From the human T2T-CHM13v2.0 reference genome, Homo sapiens, in the NCBI RefSeq assembly GCF_009914755.1, contig NC_060926.1: a stretch of 64,000 bases of DNA. The stretch is one strand, 5' to 3'. Within the stretch, counting starts at the first letter, position 1; each line of letters starts with the position of its first letter. Shown in pieces: positions 1 to 17,125 of this stretch. The notes below the pieces were generated by a model. It had not been told where the DNA came from. It was given only the letters and a program-made list of their open reading frames with translations, and did not search any database. Both the position numbers and the translations under genes were made by a program.

Positions 1-1197
1 GTGGAAAGCTTATTTATTGTCAGCAGCCTGGCTCAGAGATTAAGAAAAGCTCGGGTCTCCGGCTTACACACACATAGCTGCAGGCAGCAGCTGCTCCAGA
101 CATGGCATTCAACCACAGGGGTCCCCAGGGTCTCCTTTCAGGGTTAACTTGACCAATAAGGAAACCCTGGTGGCCACCAGGACAGCTGGAAAAATTCCCA
201 TGGGGCCACAGAACCAAATACCCCCAATAAAAATGTTCAGCATCCAATGCCTTCGCCAGACTAAACCCAAGAACCCAGAATCAGCCTTGAATCCCACACA
301 ACAGCAACAGCTCTATGTCCTGAGACTGTTTTCCAGTCATTCACCAAATACTTATTGTGCAGTGTCTGACAGACACCATACATGGGACTGGAAATAGACC
401 AATGAATGAGACAGTCAGTCCCGATCCCTGCTCTCAGGGAGCTCACAGTCTGGTAAAAATTACCTGCAGTTAAACTGGTAAAAAATCTTGTGTTGAGTAT
501 TATGATAGAGGAAGCTCAGGGAGCTATGAGTACAACATCAGGAAAAATCTAACTGACCACAAGGAATTGCCCTGGTAAGAAAACCATCACTAAGAGATAC
601 TGTGAAGTTTGGGATTAGGGTCTCAAGAGACGTCAGCCCAAGACCATTACCACTATTTCTCCTTCTTCAGCTAATTAAACTTTTAGCTAATATCTACCCA
701 TTTGATTCATGTTCTATTTATTACCAGTCTGTTGAACAGAAGGCTCTGGGAAAAGATAATTATAATCATAGAGCATCTATCAAAGTATCCAGAATTTTCT
801 GGGAAGCATGACAGATCCTTTTATCCACTGAGGTCATTATTATTATCATGCTATTGTCATCGACCATTATTCTTACTCTTCCTCTGATGATGACAATTAC
901 CAGGGAAGGAGGAAGGAAAATGGGATTTGAGTGAGGTACCAAGGGGACTTAAACTTGAACAGTAATGTTTTCTTTTTTATAAAATAACCTGAAATAAATA
1001 TGCCAAAATGTAAATATTTATTCATTCAGGGTACCGAGAACATGAGTGCTTGTCATGTCATGTTACTCACTGTACTTTTCTATATTTAACTTTTTTTCTG
1101 AAAACATACAGAAAAACAAAAAGATTGCTAGAGTACATAACAAAATTTTAGCCGTATTTCTGCTAGGTGGGATTTCCTATTTTTACTTATCTGTATT

Positions 1198-1535
<338 letters not shown>

Positions 1536-1607
1536 TAGAGTGCTTTCCGGCTTACAACACCAAGAAGTCATTACTTCCCCACCAAGGTTTGCACACATGG
1601 CCCTGAC

Positions 1608-3090
1608 CAGAGCTGGCTCCATGGGCCTGCAACCTGTGTAGTCATTTGCACAAGCCCAAGGCTCCAAAAGAACCCCATAATTGGTTTAATGTCCTGTGGC
1701 TATTGTCTGAAATTCTTAATAATTTTATCTTTGAACTTGTGTTTTGTAAGTGACGTCTGATGAGACGATGGAGCAGGCATGTGAGCAGGAAGATCAGCTG
1801 GCAGCAGTCCATGCACACATGGGTCAGTCCTATGGGCACAAGCAGGCAGTGTGCTGGGCAGCACCCAGAAACAGAGCTGAGCCCAGATTAGTGACAGTGG
1901 TGGTGGGGACAGCAGAAGCTGAGGTGGCAATAGTGGCCACAGCCCCAGAAGAGGTAGAAACTCCACATGGAAGCACAAGGACAGAGATGGGAGACCTGCA
2001 CACACACCCATCCCCAGAGCCTGTCCCTGCACCATCTGCACAAATAATAACTCTCCAGCCAGAGCCCTGGGACAGGAACTGCCAGTGCTCAAGCAGTAAA
2101 CCTGGTTGTTAAATTAGTTAATACCACAAAATACAAATGTACACATGGACATTGCAATAAAGCATATCAATCAGAGTTACTAGAATTCTCCAAAGAGTTT
2201 GGAATCTCTAGTTTTAAAATTATTACAGCACTGCAAATCCAATATCCACAGACTTAGAAATAGAAATTAAATTTAGAGACCATTGCATCAGCAGAAAAAG
2301 CATCATTTTCTAAGGAATAAGCCAATTATTAACCACAAAGAAAATAAAAAATTAATTTATATAATGGAAGATAAAGCAATAGAATGCATAAATAGGCATT
2401 TTTAACTACATATAAATCATGAAACCACTTTTGATTCTTGTATGACCTCAGCAAGTTGCAAAAAATGCCAAAGGAAACATTAAAGTGTCACTCATAAATT
2501 TATATTTGAAATTAAATTCATACTTACTTGAAGGCTATCATCAACTCTAAATGTACTAAAATTTATATTTTAAAATAATTTATCAGAAATTTACCCCAAT
2601 GCTGTCCCAGCCTATAAAATATACTTAAGAGCTCCAGTAACAATTGCATCAGCAGAAAGATTATTCTCAAAATTAAAAACTATCAAAAATTATTTGAGAT
2701 CTTGTATTTGCCAAAAATGACTGTCACTTTCAATTATATCAATTGAAAATCAAGTTGCTAAAAGTAAAACTTTTGATGACCTCATAAATGAATTTGCAAA
2801 AAAGTAAGCCAGAAAAATCTTATGATCAAGATATCACATTGATAATTATCACTTATTATATTATATTATATTATACCATATGACACCAAAAGTGGATTTT
2901 TGCATTTGTAAGTTTATATTGTTACTCGTGTAACACTATTATGCCTATTACGTTTATAAGTAACAAGATCTTTTTGAAAGAAAAAGTTTATGTAAAGTAC
3001 CTTTAATAGCACTTTTCTTTCCTAATTTTTGAATAAGGACTCTGCATTTTCATTTTGCACTGGGCCTTGCAAATTGTGTAGCCAGCCCTA
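1608..3090 (+). mobile_element. hAT-Tip100 DNA transposon, MER45 family (MER45R-like), with transposase remnant
   Basis: MER45-type ends (cagagctggctccatggg... / ...cattttgcactgggccttgcaaattgtgtagccagcccta) and internal hAT dimerisation motif. Confidence 0.8.
2574..2826 (+). pseudogene. Fossil hAT transposase C-terminal dimerisation domain
   Basis: Manual translation NNLSEIYPNAVPAYKIYLRAPVTIASAERLFSKLKTIKNYLRSCICQK*LSLSIISIENQVAKSKTFDDLINEFAKK*ARK. Confidence 0.8.
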
Positions 3091-3629
3091 ACCAGGACTA
3101 TTCAGTCACCACCTCCCTTTGTAATGAAGTCCAGCATCTCTCTGTAAGGCAGCTGGTCTTGGGAAGTAAAATGGCCCATTCAGGGATGGACTAAGGACTT
3201 TGTATCCTTATTGTACTGGCCCACAGCTGAGCAAAGGCAAAATAATGCAGAAACCAGTCACAGGACTCTTCTCCGTAGACCACAGTGGAACTGCCAGCCC
3301 CACACATAGATGCTGCAGCAAGTTTGAGCTGAGAGAATCACCCTAATCCCCTCTCTTTTGTCAGTATCCTTCTCTGATGAACTTCTTCATTCTTTTGGGG
3401 ACACACCACGGAACAAGACTGAATTCCTGAGGAGGGGGCATAGCATAGGGTGTATTGAGGCCCCAACAACCAGTTTCTCAGTCTTTCCGTCTAGATCCAG
3501 TTTGATGGCTCCTGGTTTGTTACCTAGAAGCTCTCACAGGGACACTTAACCAAGGAGGCAAAGTCTCTGATAGATAAAAGCCTTGCAGGCATGTAAGGCT
3601 AAATCAAAGGAAAACAAAGAGGTGGCCTT

Positions 3630-6399
<2,770 letters not shown>

Positions 6400-6774
6400 A
6401 AAGAGGTGGCCTTAGAGCCAGGAGCCCAGGACAAAAGCTGCCCCAAGAGGTGTTCCGCTGTTCTTCAGAACAAGACAGGACAAAAAGACTCAGGCTGACA
6501 AGATGATCACCTTTGGATGATTTCGTTTCATTTTACGCTTGGGCAGCTTTCATAAGAGCACAGCCACAGACAGGATTTTACTCTGGTCCTGAACACTGGT
6601 TCTTCTCCAACTTCCACTACCTTACAATTTGACAACTTGATCATTTCCTGTCTTGTCCTGTTTTATGTTTCTACATGTGTACATCACAAGCTCTTTGAGG
6701 ACAGAGACCATATCCTCTTCTTCATGTGTCCCCAAACGCTAAGTCCATATTATACTTCTTAGAGCACATACAAC

Positions 6775-6950
6775 CGACTTTCCCATTCATCACGTCATCC
6801 ATCCTCATAATACCCCACACAAGCTGGGGTAATTCCCATTTTCAGAGAGGAGATTGAGGCCTTGGCTCACTGATTGGCTCACAGTTTCATAGCTGCCAAA
6901 GGACGGAGCTAGAACACAATCACAGATGTCTGATTCTGTTCCACTGTTCT
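6775..6950. mobile_element. MIR fragment
   Basis: cccattttcagagaggagattgaggc core. Confidence 0.55.
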
Positions 6951-7120
6951 ATTGTACCTCTGTGGAGGGGGCCATTTCTAAAAGAACAGACATTCCCCCA
7001 GAATCACTCTTTCTACACCCTACCTAGCATGGTGCATTACAAATGCAGATACTTCAGTGAAACCTTGTAATGATAAATGCTTTTGTGTTTGGCATCAGAA
7101 CCACACCTCTCTGTGATGGC

Positions 7121-7347
7121 TTTTTTTTTTTTGGACACAGGGTCTCCCTCTGTTCCCCAGACTTGGAGTGCAGTGGAGCCATCATGGCTCATTGCAGTCT
7201 CGACCTCCTGGGCTTAAGTTTTCTTCCATGCCTGGCTAATTTTTTTATTTTTTGTAGAGGCGAGATCTTCCCTTGTTGCCCAGGCTGGTCTTAAACTACT
7301 GGGCCTCCCAAAGTGCTGGGATTATAGGCATGAGCCACCGCACTGGG
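7121..7347 (-). mobile_element. Alu, internally deleted
   Basis: Alu consensus blocks with gaps. Confidence 0.85.
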
Positions 7348-7991
7348 ACTGTGACTGTTTTTTCCACTACATGGCAGCTGCCTTTGAGGACAGAGCATGT
7401 CCTCAAAACTACTCCTGTTACACTTATCTGCATTGTTCTGGGACTGCTGTGTCAAGGAAATTGCAAGGAAAGGATGGAACTCTCCAAAAACTGGGCCTTC
7501 AGGGTGGCCTCACATTTTTTTTGCACCCTCCTAGGGTGGAAGACAACAGCAATAGCTTAAAGCTCTCTCTCTAGACTTGCTTCTGGTCATGGTGACCATC
7601 CATGCAGCCATGGCTTCTGTGCATTGCTCTCTCCGATGAGGAAAACGTGGAGTTCTAGACCCCCAGAGCAAACTCACTCCACTTGCGCTTCTCTCCTAAG
7701 TCCCGAAGGCCTACCAGATTCTGTCCCCTGGGGACAGTCCCAACTCACTGCAACCTAAAAATGGTTTCCACATGTTTATAACCATGGGATAAGGAAGGCC
7801 TTCTTAAGAAAGGCACAAAAACAAGCCAGGAAGATAAAAGGATTAAAAACCCAGGCAACATAGCAACTCACAATTCAGAACAATGAAAGATATAGGCAAA
7901 GTTAAAAAGACAAGTGACATATTAAAATATCTGAAGCAGGTATTACAAGCAAAGAACTAATATTCAGTATACCAGCAATCCCTACAATTCA

Positions 7992-8475
<484 letters not shown>

Positions 8476-8496
8476 TCATCAGATTAGCAACCATTA

Positions 8497-9064
<568 letters not shown>

Positions 9065-9149
9065 AACTCGTCTTTTAAAAAAAGAAAAAAGAGTAGGAAT
9101 AATTAGAAAGACTAAAAATGCCCAGCACTGGAAGTTAGGAGGACAATTA

Positions 9150-9670
9150 GGTTGCATTAAATTTTAAAATGTGCATGCTCTTTGATCCTACATTCTACTT
9201 CTAATGTCTAACCTTGAGAAATACTTTGCACATGTGCCTGAAAAAGCATGTACAAAAATGCTAATTATAAAATTGTTTGTGAAGGCATAAAATTGAAAAC
9301 AACCTGAATGTCCTCTAGTAAAGGCATGGCTTAATAAGTTATGGAACAGTCATATTAAGGAATATTATGCAGCAATTAGAAAGACTACGTTGTTCACTGA
9401 GTGCTGACATGGAAAAATTTCCAAGATGTATTAAGTGAAAAAAGTGAATTGTTTAACAATATGCACAATGTTTATGTTTATATTTAAACATGTACACTCC
9501 CCACTAAACCATACATTTCTATAGGACATACAAGTATTTGTAAATAGAAATACATCTGGAAAAATACATACTAAGATGGCCAAAAAAAAGTATGTGAGGT
9601 GATGGATATGTTAATTAGGTTGATTGTGTTAATCATTTCACAATGTATACATATATTAAAACATCACATT
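9150..9670 (+). mobile_element. Old L1M 3' fragments
   Basis: aattgaaaacaacctgaatgtcc...gaatattatgcagcaatt; gtgatggatatgttaattag. Confidence 0.6.
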
Positions 9671-9671
9671 G

Positions 9672-9915
9672 GGCTGGGTGTGGTGGCTCACGCCTGTAAT
9701 CCCAGCACTTTGGGGAGGGTGATGTGGGCAGACTGCTCGAGCCCAGGAGTTCGAGACCAGCCGGAACAACAAAAAATACAAAAATCTCTACGAAAAATAC
9801 AAAAATTAGCCAGGCATGGTGGTGCATGCCTATATTTTCAGCTACTTGGGAGGCTGAGGCGGGAGGATCTCTTGAACCCAAGAGGTGGAGGTTGCAGTAA
9901 GTCAAGATCTCACCA
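9672..9915 (+). mobile_element. Alu, rearranged and 3'-truncated
   Basis: Alu blocks with duplicated aaaaatacaaaaa linker. Confidence 0.85.
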
Positions 9916-10261
9916 CATTTACAATAGATCTTGCCAAATTTTACAATAATTGAGGCTCTGAGAGGTAATTTGCCTGAGGTCACAGAGCTATCAAGTAACA
10001 CAGAAGGGTTTCAGTTCATGTCTGACTGATTCAAGAGCTGCCATGAAGGGAGGTGGCTTGCAAAAACTCAAGAAGATGATCCAGACAAAGAAAGATTAGA
10101 GCAACAAAAAGAAGGTATTAGGAAGGTAATGAATACCACTCTCCTGATAGTAGGTTGGAACAGAGATGTCCAAGAGTCATGCAAAAGTCCTGGGCCCCCA
10201 TCTGTCTTCAGTGTACAAAGGAAAAACAAGCACTTAATTCACTACGTATTGTATGATGATA

Positions 10262-10712
10262 CTTTTAACAAGTTTTGTTTGTTTTGGGGGGTTTTTTTTG
10301 ACATAAGTTCTCACTCTTTCACCCAGGCTAGAGTGCAGTGGTACAATCTCAGCTCACTACAACCTCCACCTCTTGGGCTCAAGTGATCCTCCTTTTAACA
10401 AGTTTTGTTTGTTTTTTGGGTTTTTTTTTTGACATAAGGTCTCACCCTTTCACCCAGGCTGGAGTGCAGTGGTGCAATCTCAGCTCACTACAACCTCCAC
10501 TTCTTGGGCTCAAGTGATCCTCCTGTCTCAGCCTCCTGAGTAGCTGGGACTACAGGCATGCACCACCATACCCAGCTAATTTTTGTATTTTTAGTAGAGA
10601 TGGGGTTTTGCCATGTTGCCCAGGCTGGTCTCTAACTCCTGGAATCAAGTGATCCTTCCTCCTGGGCCTCCCAAAGTTCTAGGATTACAGACGTGAGCTA
10701 CTGCACCCAGCC
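10262..10712 (-). mobile_element. Alu with ~130-bp tandem duplication of tail and flank
   Basis: Units 10262-10391 and 10392-10522. Confidence 0.88.
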
Positions 10713-10736
10713 TAAAGTATTTTTTAATACTTTTTA

Positions 10737-12441
<1,705 letters not shown>

Positions 12442-12993
12442 ATTTGTGGGTACATAGTAAGTATATTTATATATGGGGTTCATAAGATGTGTTGATACAG
12501 GCATGCAATGTGAAATAAGCACATCATGGAGAATGCGGTGTTGTCTTTTGCTTGTTTACTTTTTATTTTTCAGTTTATTTGTTCCCTCTCCCTGCCTTTT
12601 TTTTACTTGCAAAAGCAATAAATACTTGTAAAAATTGTCAGAAAGGTATAAATCTACTTCCCAATAATACGGGAGGACTGTGTCATGTGTATTTCTTGTA
12701 ACCTCCTCCTTATGCAGGATACTGCCCACACCGGTATGTGTTCAGTTCAATTCCGTTAGAACTACTGTTCCTCACAAGGCTGTAAGGTACCCTTGAGGTG
12801 TCTAGTCCAATTCCTCCATTCTATGGAGGGAGAAACTGAGGCCCTGAGAAGAAGGGAAACTTAGTTAGGGACCCTGAGCTGGTTAAGTGACAGAACCATA
12901 AATAGCTCTCACCGTCCTTAACATAGCCCCTGCCAGATAACCCCTAAGGAGACCCAGCAGCCACACGGCTGATAAAGCCACTGCTTGTCAAGA

Positions 12994-13515
12994 TGTCACA
13001 GGGTGAACCCCAAAATTGGGGTTCAGCCCAGGAAGTCATGTGGGTTCTTGGCTCCAAACAGGAAGAGCGAGCCAAGAGAGCAAAGTGAAAGCAAGTTTAT
13101 TAAGTAAAGGAATGAAAGGGTGGAGAGTCCACAGGCAAAGCAACCCCAAAGGCTGCTGGTTGGCTATTTTGATGGTGATTTCTTAATCACATGCTAAACA
13201 AAGAGTGGATTTTCATGAGCTTTCTGGGAAAGGGGTGGGGAATTTCCACAACTGAGGGTTCCTCTCCCTTTCAGACCATATATGGTAACTTCCAGACGGT
13301 TGCCATGGCTTTTGTAAACTGTCATGTCGCTAGTGGGCATTTCCTTTAGTATGCTAATTTATTATAATTAGTGTATAACGAGCAGAGAGGACAACCAGAG
13401 ATTGCTTTTGTGGTCACGTGGGTTTTGATTGATTTTTCACTTGCCTCTTTACCGCATCCTGTTTTATCTGTGGGGTCTTTATGATTTGTATCTTGTGAAC
13501 TCCTATCTCACTACC
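12994..13515 (-). mobile_element. ERV1 solo LTR (MER51/MER57-like)
   Basis: tgtcacagggtgaacccc...aaagtgaaagcaagtttattaag...agaccatatatggtaacttcc...gttgccatggc blocks. Confidence 0.7.
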
Positions 13516-14191
13516 ATCAGCATTCCCCTCTTCCCCCCACTCCTCCTGACCTCTTGACAGAAGCTGAGGAAATGGGAAAGCAGATCCTAGACTTGGAGAA
13601 GGTCTGTGTGGGGTCCAAGGCCACTCAGTAATAAGACTCCCCCAGGTCCAAAGTCCAGAGGCAGCCCCCAGACTCACTCCATCTCTCAGAGGCTGATGCC
13701 CACCCAGCAGGCATTCACCTTAGCTCAGAGCAGCACCAACTTCCTGCATGCAGTCAATAAAGTGCAGTTTGCTTCCTGACATAAACAGCTGTTCTCAGAA
13801 AGCAAATATGCAAAGAGAATATTATTCTTCAAGTTTAAATGAGGAAGAAGAAAGGGTGGGTGAAGCGGGAGGTGGGAGCTTACACAGAGTTCTAGGTTTA
13901 TAATCTAATTCTCCAGAGCCAGCCTCTGACCTGCAGCCCCCTGAGTGCCCAAGCTTTTTGGGCCCACCGAAAAGGGCTCTTGAGGCAACTCAAAACCGCT
14001 TCAGAAGTAAATGCGAGGAGTTACTTACTCAGGGTTTGCCCAGTCCTGAGGAGGAAACAATTCTGATCGGGGCTTCACTAGAGGGTCTAGATCTCTGCTG
14101 TCCAACATAGTAGCCACTTGTCACATGTGTCTGTTGAGCACTTGAAATGTGAGTCGGAAGTGAGCTGGGCTGTAAGTGTAAAATGCACATA

Positions 14192-14316
14192 GCACCAGGC
14201 ATGGTGGCTCACACCTACAATTCCATTTGGGGAGGCCAAGGGGGAAGGATCACTTGAGGCCTAGAGTTCAAGATCAACCTGGGCAACATAGTGAGACTCC
14301 ATTTCTATTAAAAAAA
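14192..14316 (+). mobile_element. FLAM/Alu monomer
   Basis: Left-arm sequence with A-tail; aatgcacata on both sides. Confidence 0.8.
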
Positions 14317-14401
14317 TGTTTTTAATGCACATAAGATTTCAAAGATGGAACAAAAATAATAGTTTTAAAATCTCACTAGTAATTTTTATATTGATTATAT
14401 G

Positions 14402-14707
14402 TTTGTTTTTTTGGTTTTTTTTTTTGAGATGGAGTCTTGCTCTGTCACCCAGGCTGGAGTGCAGTGGCTCAATCTTGACTCATGGCAACCTCCGCCTCCC
14501 AGGCTCAAGCAATTCTCAGGCCTCAGCCTCCTGAGTAGCTCGATTACACGTGCACACCACCATTCCCGGCCAATTTCTGTATTTTTAGTAGAGATGGGAT
14601 TTCACCATGTTGGCCAGGCTGGTCTCAAACTCCTGGTCTCAAGTGATCTGCCCACCTCAGCCTCCCAAAGTGCTGGGATTACAGGCGTGAGCCACCATGC
14701 CCAGCCT
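14402..14707 (-). mobile_element. AluS
   Basis: Full antisense dimer. Confidence 0.92.
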
Positions 14708-14769
14708 CAATTATACATTTAAAAGATAACATTTTCAATATATGGTGTTAAAACATTTAAATCATTCTG

Positions 14770-15908
14770 CTTCCTTTTTTACACTTTACTGAAGTATAAT
14801 TGGCACACAATAAACTGCAAAACTTGGTAAGTTTTGACATGTGTATATACAATACCATGAAGCCATCATCACAATTAAGATAATGAACATCTCTGTCAAC
14901 CCCAAAAAGTTTTCTCATGCCCTGCTGTAGTCCTTCCTGCCAATCCCCCATCCCTAATTACTGATCTGCATATGGAGTTTGCATTTGCTAGAATTTTATG
15001 TGAATAAAATTATACAGTAATATATATTTTTTACTGCTTTAACTTAGTTTAATTATTGTGAGGTTCATTCATGTTGTTGCATGTATCAGTAGTTCATTCC
15101 TTCTTATTGCTGAGTAGTATTCTATTATATATCATAGTTTGTTTATCCACTTGTTAGAGCAGTTAGCTAGGCAGATATGAGCAAGGCAGGAGAGAGCCCC
15201 CACCTCCAGGCATGTTAGGTGACCAGCAGGTGGTTGTTAAACTGTCTCTCTAAAATAATAATTGGTCACAGCCAGTGCCAGAGCTTAAAGGCAGTCTCCC
15301 AATAGATAGAAAACACCTAAAGCTGATGATCAGCCGCTTCCTGATAAGATCTCAGAAGTTGGGTGAGTGGGCTCAAGCATGTACACTAAGAAGCAACAGG
15401 GCAAAGTTTCACTGGTCTATAACCTTCCTCCAGGAACACTCAACTGATAAGGGAAGAATACCTCAAGTGAGCATGTGCAAAACTTCAATAAACACCTGTG
15501 CACACGGCCCCTTCCAAGTGCTGACAGGCAACTGTGCATACAGACAGCCCACCCCAAGGGAAGAATCAGGGGAGCAGAGACACAAATCCCAGAACCATGC
15601 CAATTATAAAACCCCAAGTCAAAGGCTAAACAGCATACTTGGACTCAAGTCGCCCGCTTGGCCCTCTTCCAAGTGTACTTTACTTCCTTTTGTTCCTGCG
15701 CTAAAACTTTTTAATAAACTTTCACTCTTGCTCTGAAGAGTCTCTCACCACACCTTATGCCCCTCAGATGAATTATTTCGCCTGAGGCGGCAAGAATCAA
15801 GCTGCCACAGACCCATATGGATTCACTGCTGCTGATACATTCACCTCTTGCTGGGCATTGGTTTGTTTCCAGTTTGGGTCTACTGCAAATAAAGTAGCTA
15901 TGAACATT
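14770..15908 (-). mobile_element. L1M 3' fragment interrupted by MER50
   Basis: ttcattcatgttgttgcatgtatcagtagttcattcc...gagtagtattc; resumes at ttcacc...gtttccagtttggg. Confidence 0.75.
15152..15837 (+). mobile_element. MER50 solo LTR (ERV1)
   Basis: Starts TGTTAGAGCAGTTAGCTAGGCAGATATGAGC; TATAAAA ~15605, AATAAA ~15713; TSD-like CACT/CATT. Confidence 0.8.
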
Positions 15909-16049
15909 TGATTACCTGTTTCTTTTAACGTTGTTTAAAAATGAGGTTACTAGAAAATTTTAAATCTGACTCGCATTATTTCTATTGGACAGTGCACATC
16001 TAGATTCTCTTCCAGGCTGTCCACTTCCCTGAGTCAGGCAGACTGCCTA

Positions 16050-16730
16050 CTTAATTGAATTCAGCAAATCAATACCCTGGGCCAGGTACAGAGTGGGGAG
16101 CTGTTGTTACAAAGGTGAACGGCCTGGGGAGACCCATTTCTGCCCCCCAGACTGGCCTTTTACCAGGTACAGTCTCAAGGAACTGGCAGTCCTGCGGAGG
16201 AGAGAGACGCATAAACCATCACCTAGAATTTAACAGGAGAAGCCAGGGAGAGATGCATAAAGACAGGGCTCTGGCCAGGCAGAGGAGGAAGCACGCACTT
16301 CCGTCTGGGGAGCTGAGGAAGGTTTCCCAGGAGATGATCTTTGAACTACATCTTAGAGGATGAGAATTCACCAAGCAGAGTAGAGGGAGTGTTTCTAAAT
16401 GCAGAAAAAGGAACTGAAATGCCCCAGGGCAAGGCAGCTTCCAGGAACTGGAGACTAAGAGCAAAGAGGAGGGCATGAGAAGAGGAGGGCATGAAATGGG
16501 GGTGGCTGGAAAGGAGGCCAGAGAGGGGGCCAGCCATGCCGTGCTGAGGGTGACCTCTATGCAGTGACACTACGGAGTCAGGAAAGAGCCAGACCAGAAC
16601 CACACTTTAGGAGAACATAGGAGTAACGAATACCTGGACCACGTCAGTGGGAATAGACAGCAGGGACTAAATTCCGGAGCGTTCGGAAGCAGACTGTGCA
16701 GGAAATGGTGACTGACTAGATGGGAGTCAT
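16050..16730 (-). mobile_element. L2 fragment
   Basis: Degenerate ggaaggtttcccaggagatgatctttgaac L2-type blocks. Confidence 0.5.
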
Positions 16731-16949
16731 GTGGAAGGGCTGGATTCTGAAATCACGGCGGCTGCTGCTCCTGGGTAGATGCGTGCCTCTCTTGCCTGGA
16801 CTCTGACTACAGCCTCCCCACAGGTGCCCCCTCAACCTGTCCAGACCAACCACCCCACTGCTGGCACAGAGAGAGTTAAACTCCCTGAGTGTCTTCTACC
16901 AGCTCAGTCTCCCCCATGGCGCTCTCTCCACCTCCGACCTCTCAGCTGT

Positions 16950-17125
16950 AGCCTGAAATCTCATTTCCCTTCACATGGGCACAAAGCTCTGGGCAAGCGG
17001 AACCTGCCGCAGGCCTGTGCAGCGTGGTCCTGCCAGCCCAGAGCACTCCAGCGGCTCTCCCCATTCCCCCTACTGACCCCCCTGCCGCTCCGCAACCGCC
17101 CCTCCCCCTCCCCACACCGCAATAG
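16950..17125 (-). promoter_or_regulatory. GC-rich promoter-like patch with GC box and G-runs
   Basis: Minus strand GGGGAGGGGGAGGGGCGG; six runs of >=4 G in 17059-17113; locally CpG-retaining non-repeat sequence. Confidence 0.45.

Larger units (their letters stand above)
14093..15997 (-). mobile_element. MER33 (hAT-Charlie) split by nested insertions
   Basis: Termini ctctgctgtccaa / ttggacagtgcac; TSD GTCTAGAT (14085-14092) and ATCTAGAT (15998-16005). Confidence 0.75.

Noticed and set aside
1750-2112. 120-aa ORF inside the MER45-like element
   Set aside because: No transposase motifs; the recognisable remnant is at 2574-2826
15275-15736. 153-aa ORF
   Set aside because: Entirely inside the MER50 LTR, non-ATG start, no recognisable domain
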